The notes below the pieces were generated by a model. It did no database searches, was not told the origin of the DNA, and saw only the letters and a list, made by a program, of their open reading frames with translations. The position numbers were made by a program, and so were the translations under genes. From Methanobacteriota archaeon (GTDB taxonomy: Bacteria; Myxococcota; UBA727; JABDBI01), in NCBI GenBank assembly GCA_013288705.1, contig JABDBI010000002.1:880-64879 (forward strand): DNA of 64,000 nucleotides, read 5' to 3'. This document shows positions 55,239-64,000 of this stretch, piece after piece (positions within the stretch are counted from its first letter, which is position 1; each line of letters opens with the position of its first letter).

Positions 55239-56006
55239 ATGACTTCCGAACAACGACGAATTTGTGTCGGCCGCATCAACACCACCTACTACCAATCCTC
55301 CTCGCCCCTTACCGGCGATGTCGTGCTCCTTCTCCATGGCTGGGGCATTTCTGGCAAAACCTGGCTGCCACTCTTCGAGCACATCGGCGATAAATACCAC
55401 ACCCTGGCCCCCGATCTCCCGAATTTCGGCGATAGCGACGAGACACCAGGCCCATGGGGCTATGAAGACTACGCGCATTTTGTCGCGGAATTTCTTGCGC
55501 AGCAAGGAGACAGCGTTCAGGCGCACGTGATTGGCCACTCAATGGGCGGTGGTATCGCTGCAGCGTTCGCCGCACTTTACCCAGACGTCGTGAAGAGTCT
55601 CGTACTCATTTCACCAGCTGGGGTACCGCTATCAAAAGTGCAGCATGTGGCTTTTACACGCATCGCCGAGGTATCTGTCCAGTTGGCGCAGAGTGGATTT
55701 CGTTTTAATCAGTTTAGCTTTCTCAATACTTTTCTCGACAACGTGATCAAACGACCGAACAACATGTTGCAGACGATGCAGTTTCCCGCCAGCGAAGATG
55801 TTCGTCCGCTCTTGCCCAGCGTCAAGGCGCCATGCACGGTGTTGTGGGGTAAAGACGATAAGCTTCTTCCCGTCACGCTTGCGCCGGACTTTCAGGCGGG
55901 CATCCCGCATGCGACATTGCAGGTGATTGAGGGGGCGGGGCATGAATGGTGTTTGATTTATCCGGAGCAATTGGCTCAGGTCCTAAATGTCAGCATTCGC
56001 GCTTGA
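55239..56006 (+). CDS. alpha/beta hydrolase
   Basis: LLLHGWG, nucleophile elbow GHSMGG, C-terminal GAGHEW. Confidence 0.8.
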   Translation: MTSEQRRICVGRINTTYYQSSSPLTGDVVLLLHGWGISGKTWLPLFEHIGDKYHTLAPDLPNFGDSDETPGPWGYEDYAHFVAEFLAQQGDSVQAHVIGHSMGGGIAAAFAALYPDVVKSLVLISPAGVPLSKVQHVAFTRIAEVSVQLAQSGFRFNQFSFLNTFLDNVIKRPNNMLQTMQFPASEDVRPLLPSVKAPCTVLWGKDDKLLPVTLAPDFQAGIPHATLQVIEGAGHEWCLIYPEQLAQVLNVSIRA

Positions 56007-56763
56007 TCAGCGCAAAATACAACGGACCAAATTCCGTCGTGTCGGGCAGGATGAGCCAGCCATAACGTGTGGATTCTCCAAAAGGTGCTGAAGGCGGAAT
56101 CACAGAGATTTTCTCCCCACGCTTTTTGATGAGTTTTTCGATGACACCGTCGTTTTCAAACGGCGAGATAGAGCATGTCGCATACAACACATGCCCGTCC
56201 ACACGCACAACTTGTAGCGCCGAGGCAAGCATCGCATACTGGCGCTGCGCGAGAAAGCGCGTGCGATTCGGCGTCCACTCGGCAAGCAATTTGGGTTGAG
56301 CTATCAAGTGCCGTTCAGAAGAACATGGCGCATCGAGCAAAATCGCGTCGTATGCGTCTTTCTCGTAGATACACCATTTACTGGCGTCATGGCCAGTGAT
56401 GCGAACGCGGCGCAGCAATTCTTCGGGCAGGTATTCTTCCAAGACTCTCTTCAGACGCGCTCTTCTCGTGGCTGAACGCTCGTTGGCAACAAGCGTGCCT
56501 GCATCCTTGATGCGTTCTGCCAGCACCAGACTCTTGCCTCCTGGCGCTGCGCATAAGTCCAGCACGGCGTGTCCCGGCGAAATCGGCAGCGCGCGCGCTG
56601 CCACAATAGAAGCCGCATCGAGAAAATATGGCTCGTCGGCGCAACCAAATGGATTCAAACCTTCTTGCCTAGGCTTGGCTTGCAGCGCAGCGAGAAGCTT
56701 CGGCCAACGCTCCGCATAGATCTGACTAAAAAATTCGCTAAACGTGTTTTGGCTCACGCACAA
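55990..56763 (-). CDS. NOL1/NOP2/Sun-family RNA cytosine-C5 methyltransferase (RsmB/RsmF-like, short form)
   Basis: DLCAAPGGKS SAM motif, DAPCSSER, YATCS catalytic Cys pair. Confidence 0.8.
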   Translation of the reverse strand: MCVSQNTFSEFFSQIYAERWPKLLAALQAKPRQEGLNPFGCADEPYFLDAASIVAARALPISPGHAVLDLCAAPGGKSLVLAERIKDAGTLVANERSATRRARLKRVLEEYLPEELLRRVRITGHDASKWCIYEKDAYDAILLDAPCSSERHLIAQPKLLAEWTPNRTRFLAQRQYAMLASALQVVRVDGHVLYATCSISPFENDGVIEKLIKKRGEKISVIPPSAPFGESTRYGWLILPDTTEFGPLYFALIKREC

Positions 56764-57325
56764 CCAAGCTCAATAGAATTAGAATGAATGCAACGACGGA
56801 AAAAACCACATCGCGGGTAAAGAAAAATAATGGAACATAGATAAAAACGGAGGCTGCAAACGCAAGCCAATAGGTGAAGCGCCAGCGTGCTAAAAATAAT
56901 GCAAGCGCTTGGCAAATAATCAGCGACACACCAAACGCTCCCCAATAGGCGATCTCCGACACATTGCTGGCAATGTAACTCCAATGAAGCCAGACCACTT
57001 CAGCGAATACAAATACGGACGCCACCGCAATGATGAGTACACCGCCCGCTGCTGCATCTTTTGCAACCATGGCGAGTCTGTGTGTCTCGCCCATGTACAA
57101 GTCTACAATCGCTTCGAGCGCAGTATTAAGCAGCTCGGCAAAGAGCACCATCGCCATGGCAAACAAAAGCGCCACACGCGTGCCAAATTCAAGCGGAACC
57201 GTCATGCCAAATAGGCTGACTGCCAACGCACACAGCATGTGGATTTTCATGTTGCGCTCTGTGCGAATAGCATGCTTGATGCCGGCGAAGGCGAAATGCA
57301 GACTTTGAACGAGTTTCTTGGTCAT
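56738..57325 (-). CDS. dgkA: diacylglycerol kinase (DgkA-type) with ~75-aa extra C-terminal transmembrane extension
   Basis: FAFAGIKHAIRTERNMKIHM...AELLNTALEAIVD...AKDAAAGGVL. Two or three additional hydrophobic helices follow. Confidence 0.7.
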   Translation of the reverse strand: MTKKLVQSLHFAFAGIKHAIRTERNMKIHMLCALAVSLFGMTVPLEFGTRVALLFAMAMVLFAELLNTALEAIVDLYMGETHRLAMVAKDAAAGGVLIIAVASVFVFAEVVWLHWSYIASNVSEIAYWGAFGVSLIICQALALFLARWRFTYWLAFAASVFIYVPLFFFTRDVVFSVVAFILILLSLVVREPKHV

Positions 57326-57336
57326 GAAGCCCTAGT

Positions 57337-58686
57337 CTAGTGCAAATCGAAAACACGGGGAAGTTCACCCAGCGTATAAATCATATTGAGCCGGGAAACT
57401 TCAAGGTTGAGCGTGGCTTTTTCAAAATCATTTTCTGCACGAGACAATTGTGTTTCAGCCGTCATGAGGTCGAGGCTAGTGGCATGCCCAACTTGGTATA
57501 AATTCTTCGAACTTTTGAGCACAGCCTGAGCAAGTTCAAGCGCGCTTTTTTCAGTCGTCAAGAATTGCTTTTTAAGCTCAATGTCTGTGAGGGCACCCCG
57601 AACTTCGAGCACCGTTCCGCGTTCTTTTTGGCGAAGCAAAAGCAACTCTTGTTGTCGCCGTGCTGCGGTTTCTCGAATAACGCCATAGCGAGCGCCGCCG
57701 TCGTAGAGCGGTATGCGAAGCTGCAGAGATACATCGGAGGCAAAGCCACCGAAAGGCCCGCGGAGGTCGCTGGCCAACTCGAGCCTCGGAAAGAACTGCA
57801 GCCAGCCAGTGAGGCGAGCGCGATGCGCAATCTCGAAGGCAATGCGTCGTACTTTCAGATCCGGGCGATTTTTCTCTGCACGCTGTTCGAATTCTTCGAC
57901 AGAAGCTTGTTGCTCGATCTCTGTCAACAAAGAAGGAGCAGCCAAATCAAATTCGGTCTTTTGGTGAATGAGAAAACCCAAATTGCCCAATGCCAGCTTA
58001 TAGGCGACTTGATCCCGCTGCAGTCGTTCGACCGCGCGTACGGTGACGAGTTTGGCGCGCTGCAAGTCCAGTGAAGCAGAATGACCCGCATCTACTCGCC
58101 GCGCCATCGACTGTTCTTCTGCGCGCGCCCGCTCGAGTTGGCTTTGCGTGACCTTCACGAGACGGCTTTGCAGATAAGCTTGATAAAATGCACGTCCCAC
58201 TTGCATCAGCGTATCGTGCTCCGACGCATTCAGTGACGCGCGCGCTTGGCGAATACTAGCATAACTATTAATCGTCGATAGAATGGAGGACGCATCGAAA
58301 ACTGGTGCAGTCAGTGTTAACCAGCCTACCGAGCCGTCGGTTGCAGGAGGCACCTGGCGGCCAATGAGTTGCGTACGAAAGAGTTCGCCCGCAACGCTTA
58401 ACTGTGGCAGCAAGTTCGCCAGCGTGCGCCGCGTGATGCCCTGCTGCACCGCGATTTGCTCTTTGGCGATCAACACCTGCTCGTTTTTATGCATCGCCAT
58501 TTGCATGCATTGCAAAAGAGAGAACTGCTCGCGGTTGTCAATTGGAATCAATGCGTAGAGTTTTTGCTCGCTGCTTAACTCGGCAAATTCTTGCTCGTAT
58601 TGCTCGTCGAGATCGAGCATAGTTTGTGCAAGCATACCGCGCGCAAAAATAATTAAGGTAGCAATGACGAGAGATCTAGCTTTCAT
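57337..58686 (-). CDS. TolC-family outer membrane efflux protein
   Basis: 449 aa with a signal peptide and the duplicated coiled-coil/beta architecture. Terminal gene of the RND operon. Confidence 0.8.
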   Translation of the reverse strand: MKARSLVIATLIIFARGMLAQTMLDLDEQYEQEFAELSSEQKLYALIPIDNREQFSLLQCMQMAMHKNEQVLIAKEQIAVQQGITRRTLANLLPQLSVAGELFRTQLIGRQVPPATDGSVGWLTLTAPVFDASSILSTINSYASIRQARASLNASEHDTLMQVGRAFYQAYLQSRLVKVTQSQLERARAEEQSMARRVDAGHSASLDLQRAKLVTVRAVERLQRDQVAYKLALGNLGFLIHQKTEFDLAAPSLLTEIEQQASVEEFEQRAEKNRPDLKVRRIAFEIAHRARLTGWLQFFPRLELASDLRGPFGGFASDVSLQLRIPLYDGGARYGVIRETAARRQQELLLLRQKERGTVLEVRGALTDIELKKQFLTTEKSALELAQAVLKSSKNLYQVGHATSLDLMTAETQLSRAENDFEKATLNLEVSRLNMIYTLGELPRVFDLH

Positions 58687-61685
58687 ACGGATTTCTGTTT
58701 TTTCATGAGGATGTAGAAGGTCGGGATCACGACCAAAGTGAGCAGCGTGCCGAAGCTCAATCCTCCCACGAGCACAAAGCCAATCGCACGCCTCGCTTCA
58801 CTGCCGGCGCCTTGCGAGAGCATCAGTGGAATAGAGCCAAACACCATGGCGGCCGTCGTCATCAAAATAGGTCTTAGACGGCGCTGTGCAGCAGTGATGA
58901 TGGCATGACGCTTATCTTGCCCATCCCGCATTAACTGATTGGCGAAGTCTACGAGCAAGATACCATGCTTGGTGATGAGCCCTACCAAGGTAATAAGCCC
59001 GACCTGGCTAAAAATGTTGATGCTGCCTCGAGAGGCCCACAGCATGAGCAGAGCGCCGCACGAGGCCAACGGCACAGTCAGCAAAATGATAAAGGGATCA
59101 GTGAAACTCTCAAATTGAATTGCTAATACGCAGTAGATGAAAACAAGTGCCATGCCGAAAAGAAGAAGCATGAGCTGGGAAGATTCTTTTTGCTGTTTGG
59201 CGATACCCATAAATTCGTAGGAATAGTTTGATGGCAATGTTTGTGCGAGCTTTTTCTCGAGATAGGAGACACCGTCGGAAAGTCGATAGTTTTTGCCAAG
59301 GTCGGCCTCCAGGTTCGCTGCACGCATTTGATTGTGGTGAGCGAGCTGTTGTGGCTCAGCAGTAGGCAGAAGTTCTACAACCGAGCTGAGAGCAACCGGA
59401 TAACCTTGGTCATTGGCAACATAGACTTCATGCAAATTGCTCGGAGATGTAGCTCCTTTCATGACCACGTTATAGCGTTGGCCATCCTTCATAAATTGAA
59501 TGGCCTCGGCTTTGTCGAACATGGTTTCCATCGATTTGGCAACAGCCTTAGGTGTGACTTCCAAAAGGGCCATTTTCTTGTGATCAATTTTGGCGACAAG
59601 GCCTGGGAAATCTAGGTGCAAGTCATGATAAATATTCTTTAGCACGGAGTCTTTTGCACAGGCTTTTTCGAAGGCATCCATTTCTTTGGCAAGCTCTTTG
59701 TAAGTGGCAGGTGCTTGTATTGCGACGGAGAGATTACCGTGCCGACCGCTAATCGCATCAAGGCCTGGAAGGCCTGTTTCCCAACTCCAACCATGCGCCG
59801 TGGCAGAGGGAACTTCTGCAAGTTTGCCCCGGACGTCATTGATAATGGTTGCGGCAGATCGTTTACGCTCGGACCAATCTTTTAGGTTAGCGAAGACGTA
59901 AGATCCCTCTTCCATCACGATTGCCCCGATGCTCTGCACCTCGGGGATTTGAAGAAAGATCTTCTCAACTTTCTCTACATATTGCACGAGAACAGTATTT
60001 GGCTTTCCGGGCAAGGGTTCGACAAATGCCCCGACCAATCCGCGATCCTCGACCGGTGCAACTTCACCTGGGAGAATGCGAAACAAGAAAACCGACGACG
60101 AAAGCACGAGCGCTGCCAGCGCAAGAATTGTCTTGGGCCGCCTGAGCGAACTATTCAGGAAGTTATGATAATGCTCTTCTATCCATCGGAGCGCCACATC
60201 AATTTTGGGGAACATCTGATGCTGCTCGGAGCGTAACATGCGCGCGCACATCATGGGCGACAACGTGAGGGCAACGACGCCCGAGACGACGACACTCGCT
60301 GCAAGTGTTAACGCGAACTCAATGAAGAGCCGTCCGATCGTTCCTTGAATGAATGCGATAGGTGCGTACACGCTCGCCAGCGTGAAGGTCATTGCAACGA
60401 TAGCAAAAGCAATTTCTCGACTACCCTTTTTGGCTGCTGCGAGCGGAGAAAGCCCTTTCTCGATGTGGTGATGGATATTCTCGACCACAACAATCGCGTC
60501 ATCGACCACCAAGCCCACTGCGAGAACCAAGGCGAGCAATGAGATTGTATTAATGGAGAAGCCAAAGAGTTGCACGAACGCGAGCGTGCCGATCAAAGAG
60601 ATCGGGATGGTCACGAGGGGGATAAGTGTGGCGCGTAAGTTACGCAAGAATAAGAAGATAATGCATAGCACCAGCAACCCGGCTTCAAGGATCGACCTTT
60701 GAATGCTGTGAAGGGATTGGCGAATGAAATTGGCGTTGTCGGTCACAATATGAATCTCAACACCGTCTGGCAGGCTCTGCCTGATGTTGGGCATCAATTT
60801 GCGGATGGCATCCGAGATACTAAGCGGATTTCCATCACTGGCTTTGATAATGCCAGCAAACACGCCAGGTCGACCATTTGCGCGCACGATCTCGCGCTCA
60901 TCGACGGATAAGCGTACTTCCGCGACATCTTTTAGAAGCACTACCGAATGATCGTTTTTTGCCAAAACCAGGTTTTCAAAGTCCTCCGGAGTTTCCATTG
61001 CAAGGCGCAGCGTCACCGGAAGCTCTTTGCGAAACTTACCGGCTGGAAGCGAAACTTGGTTTTGTGCTAAGACTTCGGCGACGTCTTCTGCGCTTAGCCC
61101 GTGGGCAAACAGCTTGAGACGATCAAGCGCAATTTCCATGGTGTATGGAGAGCCCATCACGCGCACAGAAGAGACGCCCTTGACGCTACGCAGTGTATTC
61201 TTGACATGAAGCTGCACAAAATGAGTGAGTTCGGCAAAGCTATGGGTCTTGCTCTCAAGCGTCAGCCACATGAATGGCTCGGCGTTGCCACCTTCTTGTA
61301 AAATACTTGGTTCCTTGGCACCCTTTGGCCAAAAGTCGCGGACACGCCCGATGTGATCGCGTATGTGGGCGAGGGCACTATCCATAGAGGTTTCTGGGTG
61401 AAAAGTCAGAGTGACTTTTGTCTGGCCCGACATCGTTGCTGAGACCATGGTGTCGAGACCTTGGATACCGGCTAACGCTTCCTCGAGCAAAAAGGTGAGA
61501 TCAGATTCAATCACTTCGGCGCTGGCATTTGGATAGAGCGCGGTCACGGTGACGATTGGCACGGAAACGTTTGGATATTCTGCGACTGTCAAATTACGAT
61601 AGGCTAGCAATCCCACAATCACGATGAGAGAATTCAAGATGACAGCGAACACCGGTCGCTTGATGAAAAATTCGGGTAGACTCAT
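58683..61685 (-). CDS. RND efflux transporter permease (AcrB/HAE-type)
   Basis: MSLPEFFIKRPVFAVILNSLIVIVG, 1000 aa, 12 TM with two large periplasmic loops, VVDDAIVVVENI. Confidence 0.95.
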   Translation of the reverse strand: MSLPEFFIKRPVFAVILNSLIVIVGLLAYRNLTVAEYPNVSVPIVTVTALYPNASAEVIESDLTFLLEEALAGIQGLDTMVSATMSGQTKVTLTFHPETSMDSALAHIRDHIGRVRDFWPKGAKEPSILQEGGNAEPFMWLTLESKTHSFAELTHFVQLHVKNTLRSVKGVSSVRVMGSPYTMEIALDRLKLFAHGLSAEDVAEVLAQNQVSLPAGKFRKELPVTLRLAMETPEDFENLVLAKNDHSVVLLKDVAEVRLSVDEREIVRANGRPGVFAGIIKASDGNPLSISDAIRKLMPNIRQSLPDGVEIHIVTDNANFIRQSLHSIQRSILEAGLLVLCIIFLFLRNLRATLIPLVTIPISLIGTLAFVQLFGFSINTISLLALVLAVGLVVDDAIVVVENIHHHIEKGLSPLAAAKKGSREIAFAIVAMTFTLASVYAPIAFIQGTIGRLFIEFALTLAASVVVSGVVALTLSPMMCARMLRSEQHQMFPKIDVALRWIEEHYHNFLNSSLRRPKTILALAALVLSSSVFLFRILPGEVAPVEDRGLVGAFVEPLPGKPNTVLVQYVEKVEKIFLQIPEVQSIGAIVMEEGSYVFANLKDWSERKRSAATIINDVRGKLAEVPSATAHGWSWETGLPGLDAISGRHGNLSVAIQAPATYKELAKEMDAFEKACAKDSVLKNIYHDLHLDFPGLVAKIDHKKMALLEVTPKAVAKSMETMFDKAEAIQFMKDGQRYNVVMKGATSPSNLHEVYVANDQGYPVALSSVVELLPTAEPQQLAHHNQMRAANLEADLGKNYRLSDGVSYLEKKLAQTLPSNYSYEFMGIAKQQKESSQLMLLLFGMALVFIYCVLAIQFESFTDPFIILLTVPLASCGALLMLWASRGSINIFSQVGLITLVGLITKHGILLVDFANQLMRDGQDKRHAIITAAQRRLRPILMTTAAMVFGSIPLMLSQGAGSEARRAIGFVLVGGLSFGTLLTLVVIPTFYILMKKQKSV

Positions 61686-62662
61686 TTGTGGACCTGAACA
61701 GCCGCCCCGGGGTTAAGTTTGTTGTGACCGCGCGTCACTACGACGTCATTGGCATGCAAGCCATCCGTGATTTCCACGAGGCGATCGGCAGTCATACCCT
61801 TTTTAATGGGCGTCAACACTGCTTTATGCTTTTTCACAACGTAGACAAATTCTTTTCCGTCTTTGAGGAAAATAGCTTCGCTTGGAACTGCGATAGCTTG
61901 CGTGCGTTCTTTGGCAGCAACTTCCACATCGATATGGCTGCCTATGACGCAGTGAGGGCATTGCGCAAGTTTAGCGCGCGCGCGTCCCATTTGGGTTTCT
62001 GGATCAATGGCGCGCTGCACGGATATGATGGTGCCATTTTGATCAAAGACATGCACCTGCATGCCGACGTTGATTTGATGAACGAGTTTCTCGGGTACCG
62101 AGAACTCGACTTCAAGATGGCTGGCATCGTAGAACGCCACGAGTTCATCGCCAATTTGTACATAGGCGCCCTCGGATACGCGAAATACGCCACACGTGCC
62201 ATTGAAGGGTGCTGAAAAAATAGTTTGGTTAAGGGCGGCTTGTGCTTCGCTAACAGCGATTTTTGCATCGGCCCATTTTTGTTTGCTTTCTTCTAGAGCT
62301 TGTTTACTGATATCCTTGTTCTCGTAGAGATGCTTCATGCGCTCATATTGTTCTTTCTCAATTTTGGCGTTGTGCTGCGCAAGCTCATAGGCTTCTGCGG
62401 ATTCTAGATTCTTGAGTGTGATGAGGCGCGTGCCTTTTTTGATCTGTGTGCCCTCTTTGGCAAAAATATGATCGACGATACCCGCGACTTGCGCGGTGAT
62501 ATGAGATTCTTTTTGTGCTTTGATGGTACCGACGAGTTTGACGCGCTCAACCAGATCGGTGGGATGCACCGTGATGGCTTCTACCATTTTAGGCTTTTCG
62601 CCCGCATCCGCATGAAGATAGGGCACGAAAACAAGCAGGAAAAGGGCGACGCGGGTCCACAT
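61682..62662 (-). CDS. RND efflux periplasmic adaptor (membrane fusion protein)
   Basis: Signal/anchor, lipoyl-like and alpha-hairpin regions. Coupled to the RND pump. Confidence 0.85.
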   Translation of the reverse strand: MWTRVALFLLVFVPYLHADAGEKPKMVEAITVHPTDLVERVKLVGTIKAQKESHITAQVAGIVDHIFAKEGTQIKKGTRLITLKNLESAEAYELAQHNAKIEKEQYERMKHLYENKDISKQALEESKQKWADAKIAVSEAQAALNQTIFSAPFNGTCGVFRVSEGAYVQIGDELVAFYDASHLEVEFSVPEKLVHQINVGMQVHVFDQNGTIISVQRAIDPETQMGRARAKLAQCPHCVIGSHIDVEVAAKERTQAIAVPSEAIFLKDGKEFVYVVKKHKAVLTPIKKGMTADRLVEITDGLHANDVVVTRGHNKLNPGAAVQVHK

Positions 62663-62732
62663 AAAAACAGCCTTAAACGATGGTGAAAAGGCACTCTGTC
62701 ACAGATGCTGAATGAGCGCAACAATGGGGGTA

Positions 62733-63608
62733 TTAGGCTTCTGCGTGGTAGCTTGATCGCACCAATGGGCCGCTTTCCACGCGCGAAAAGCCTAAACTTA
62801 TCGCATACTTCTTGAGTTCTAAGAACTCTTCCGGTGTCGCATAACGCATAATCGCGTGATGCCACTGGCTTGGCCGCAAATATTGTCCAATGGTCAAACT
62901 GCTCACATCATGATCACGTAAATCACGAATCGACTGCATGACTTCTTCGTTGGTTTCACCAAGGCCAAGCATGATGCCAGATTTCGTTAGAATATGCGGC
63001 GCGCGTGCATGTGCAAGCTTCAGAACAGCCAGGGAGCGCCGATACTGTGCACCCGAGCGAATTTTCGGCGTGAGGCGTTCGACTGTCTCTAGATTATGGT
63101 TAAACACAACGGGCGCCGCATCCAATACCACCTGAATGGCATTCTCGTCGCCCGAAAAATCAGGCACCAACACTTCGAGAGAAATATTGGGCACCTCCGC
63201 CCGAACTGCTTCGAGGCAACGCGCAAAATGCATCGCACCGCCATCTGGCAAATCATCACGTGTCACCGACGTGATCACTACGTACTTGAGGCCCATCGCT
63301 TTCACTGTTGCAGCAAGGCGTTTGGGCTCATCGAGATCAAGTGGCTTCGGACGCGAGTAAGAATTGACATCACAAAAGCGACACGCCCGCGTGCACACAT
63401 TGCCCATGATCATGAACGTCGCTGTGCCACGCTCCCAGCACTCCCCGATATTGGGGCAAGACGCAGATGAACAAACCGTGTGCAAGCGTTCTTTGGTGAT
63501 CAGTTGGCGCAAATGCGTATAGTTTGGCCCAGTCGGCGCACGCACGCGTAGCCACTCTGGTCTTACAATTCGCTCTGCAGGCGCAATCATCAGGGTGCCG
63601 TCGTCCAT
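62733..63608 (-). CDS. lipA: lipoyl synthase
   Basis: CSSASCPNIGECW and CTRACRFCDV clusters. Alternative start 63590 (TGATG junction with the upstream gene). Confidence 0.95.
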   Translation of the reverse strand: MDDGTLMIAPAERIVRPEWLRVRAPTGPNYTHLRQLITKERLHTVCSSASCPNIGECWERGTATFMIMGNVCTRACRFCDVNSYSRPKPLDLDEPKRLAATVKAMGLKYVVITSVTRDDLPDGGAMHFARCLEAVRAEVPNISLEVLVPDFSGDENAIQVVLDAAPVVFNHNLETVERLTPKIRSGAQYRRSLAVLKLAHARAPHILTKSGIMLGLGETNEEVMQSIRDLRDHDVSSLTIGQYLRPSQWHHAIMRYATPEEFLELKKYAISLGFSRVESGPLVRSSYHAEA

Positions 63609-64000
63609 GTCTCAAGGGTTTGTTTTAGGTCAGCCATGAACATGTCTGCAGTTGCACCGTCGATCAAGCGATGATCGAAAGATAAACTGAGCCAACCCAT
63701 GTTGCGAATGGCAATCACATCGCTGCCATCGACTTCGATGACGACGGGTTGTTTCTTAATGTTGCCAACGCCAAGAATCGCGACTTGTGGCTGATTGATA
63801 ATCGGCGTGCCAATGATCGCACCGTAGTTGCCAGGATTGGTGATCGTGAATGTGCCGCCAGACAGCTCATCGGGCTTGATCTTCTTGGTGCGGACGCGCG
63901 TGCCCACGTCAGCGATGGAGCGTGCAAGACCGCGTAGGCTAACCTGATCGGCGTTGCGAATTACCGGCACCATCAAACCTGGTTCCGGTTCTTGGATGGC
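63590..64000 (-). CDS. 2-oxoacid dehydrogenase E2 (dihydrolipoamide acyltransferase), C-terminal part; 5' end beyond the right edge
   Basis: LSLSFDHRLIDGATADMF catalytic motif. The reading frame is open to position 64000. Confidence 0.85.
   Translation of the reverse strand, partial: AIQEPEPGLMVPVIRNADQVSLRGLARSIADVGTRVRTKKIKPDELSGGTFTITNPGNYGAIIGTPIINQPQVAILGVGNIKKQPVVIEVDGSDVIAIRNMGWLSLSFDHRLIDGATADMFMADLKQTLETWTTAP

Noticed and set aside
1-64000. Search for tRNA, rRNA, tmRNA, riboswitch, prophage or conjugative modules.
   Set aside because: Intergenic gaps are mostly under 220 nt, and none showed cloverleaf-type or known riboswitch features by eye. No phage structural, integrase (tyrosine) or conjugation genes are present. 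This is a manual scan only, and cmscan/tRNAscan would be definitive.

Overview
64-kb chromosomal segment of a Gram-negative bacterium, shown by RND/TolC efflux, OPX/PCP polysaccharide export, ExbB/ExbD and OM beta-barrel genes. GC is mid-range. The lineage cannot be fixed from sequence alone; the gene content resembles Bdellovibrionota/Myxococcota, at low confidence. I found no rRNA, tRNA, CRISPR array or prophage.

Layout:
(1) 1-14.8 kb is a mosaic accessory region. It holds a minus-strand RiPP-like operon: a 43-aa precursor ORF below the ORF-track cutoff, a radical-SAM/SPASM enzyme, an MFS exporter, and a second radical-SAM enzyme fused to an HExxH peptidase-like domain that is cut by the left edge. 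An IS607-type element (tnpA serine recombinase + tnpB) follows. Next comes a 129-bp direct duplication of a gene 3' end bracketing ychJ and a MazG-like gene. Then a 633-aa protein with eight zinc-ribbon repeats around a nuclease-like core, small orphan genes (DUF3892, SF0329-like), hicAB and a DUF2779 dual-nuclease protein. A structured intergenic repeat family is interspersed among these.
(2) 14.8-26.9 kb holds assorted enzymes and membrane proteins.
(3) 26.9-49.7 kb is housekeeping: mutL-miaA, hisC, cmk-hisS-(E2-like)-fabG-acpP-fabF, exbB-exbD-exbD, beta-barrel + short OPX + Wzc-like kinase, and aroA-aroE-aroC-aroK/B.
(4) 49.8-55.2 kb is one orphan 1799-aa coiled-coil protein with a C-terminal hydrophobic hairpin.
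(5) 55.2-64 kb holds a hydrolase, an RNA m5C methyltransferase, a dgkA-like gene, a TolC-RND-MFP efflux operon, lipA and a partial E2 acyltransferase.

Most notable observations: the RiPP-like operon with its hidden precursor; a palindromic repeat element inserted in frame inside mutL, with a half copy in frame inside a DCC-family gene; the TnpB with Gly at the canonical RuvC-II Glu position; the repeat-bounded gene modules; and the giant orphan ORF.
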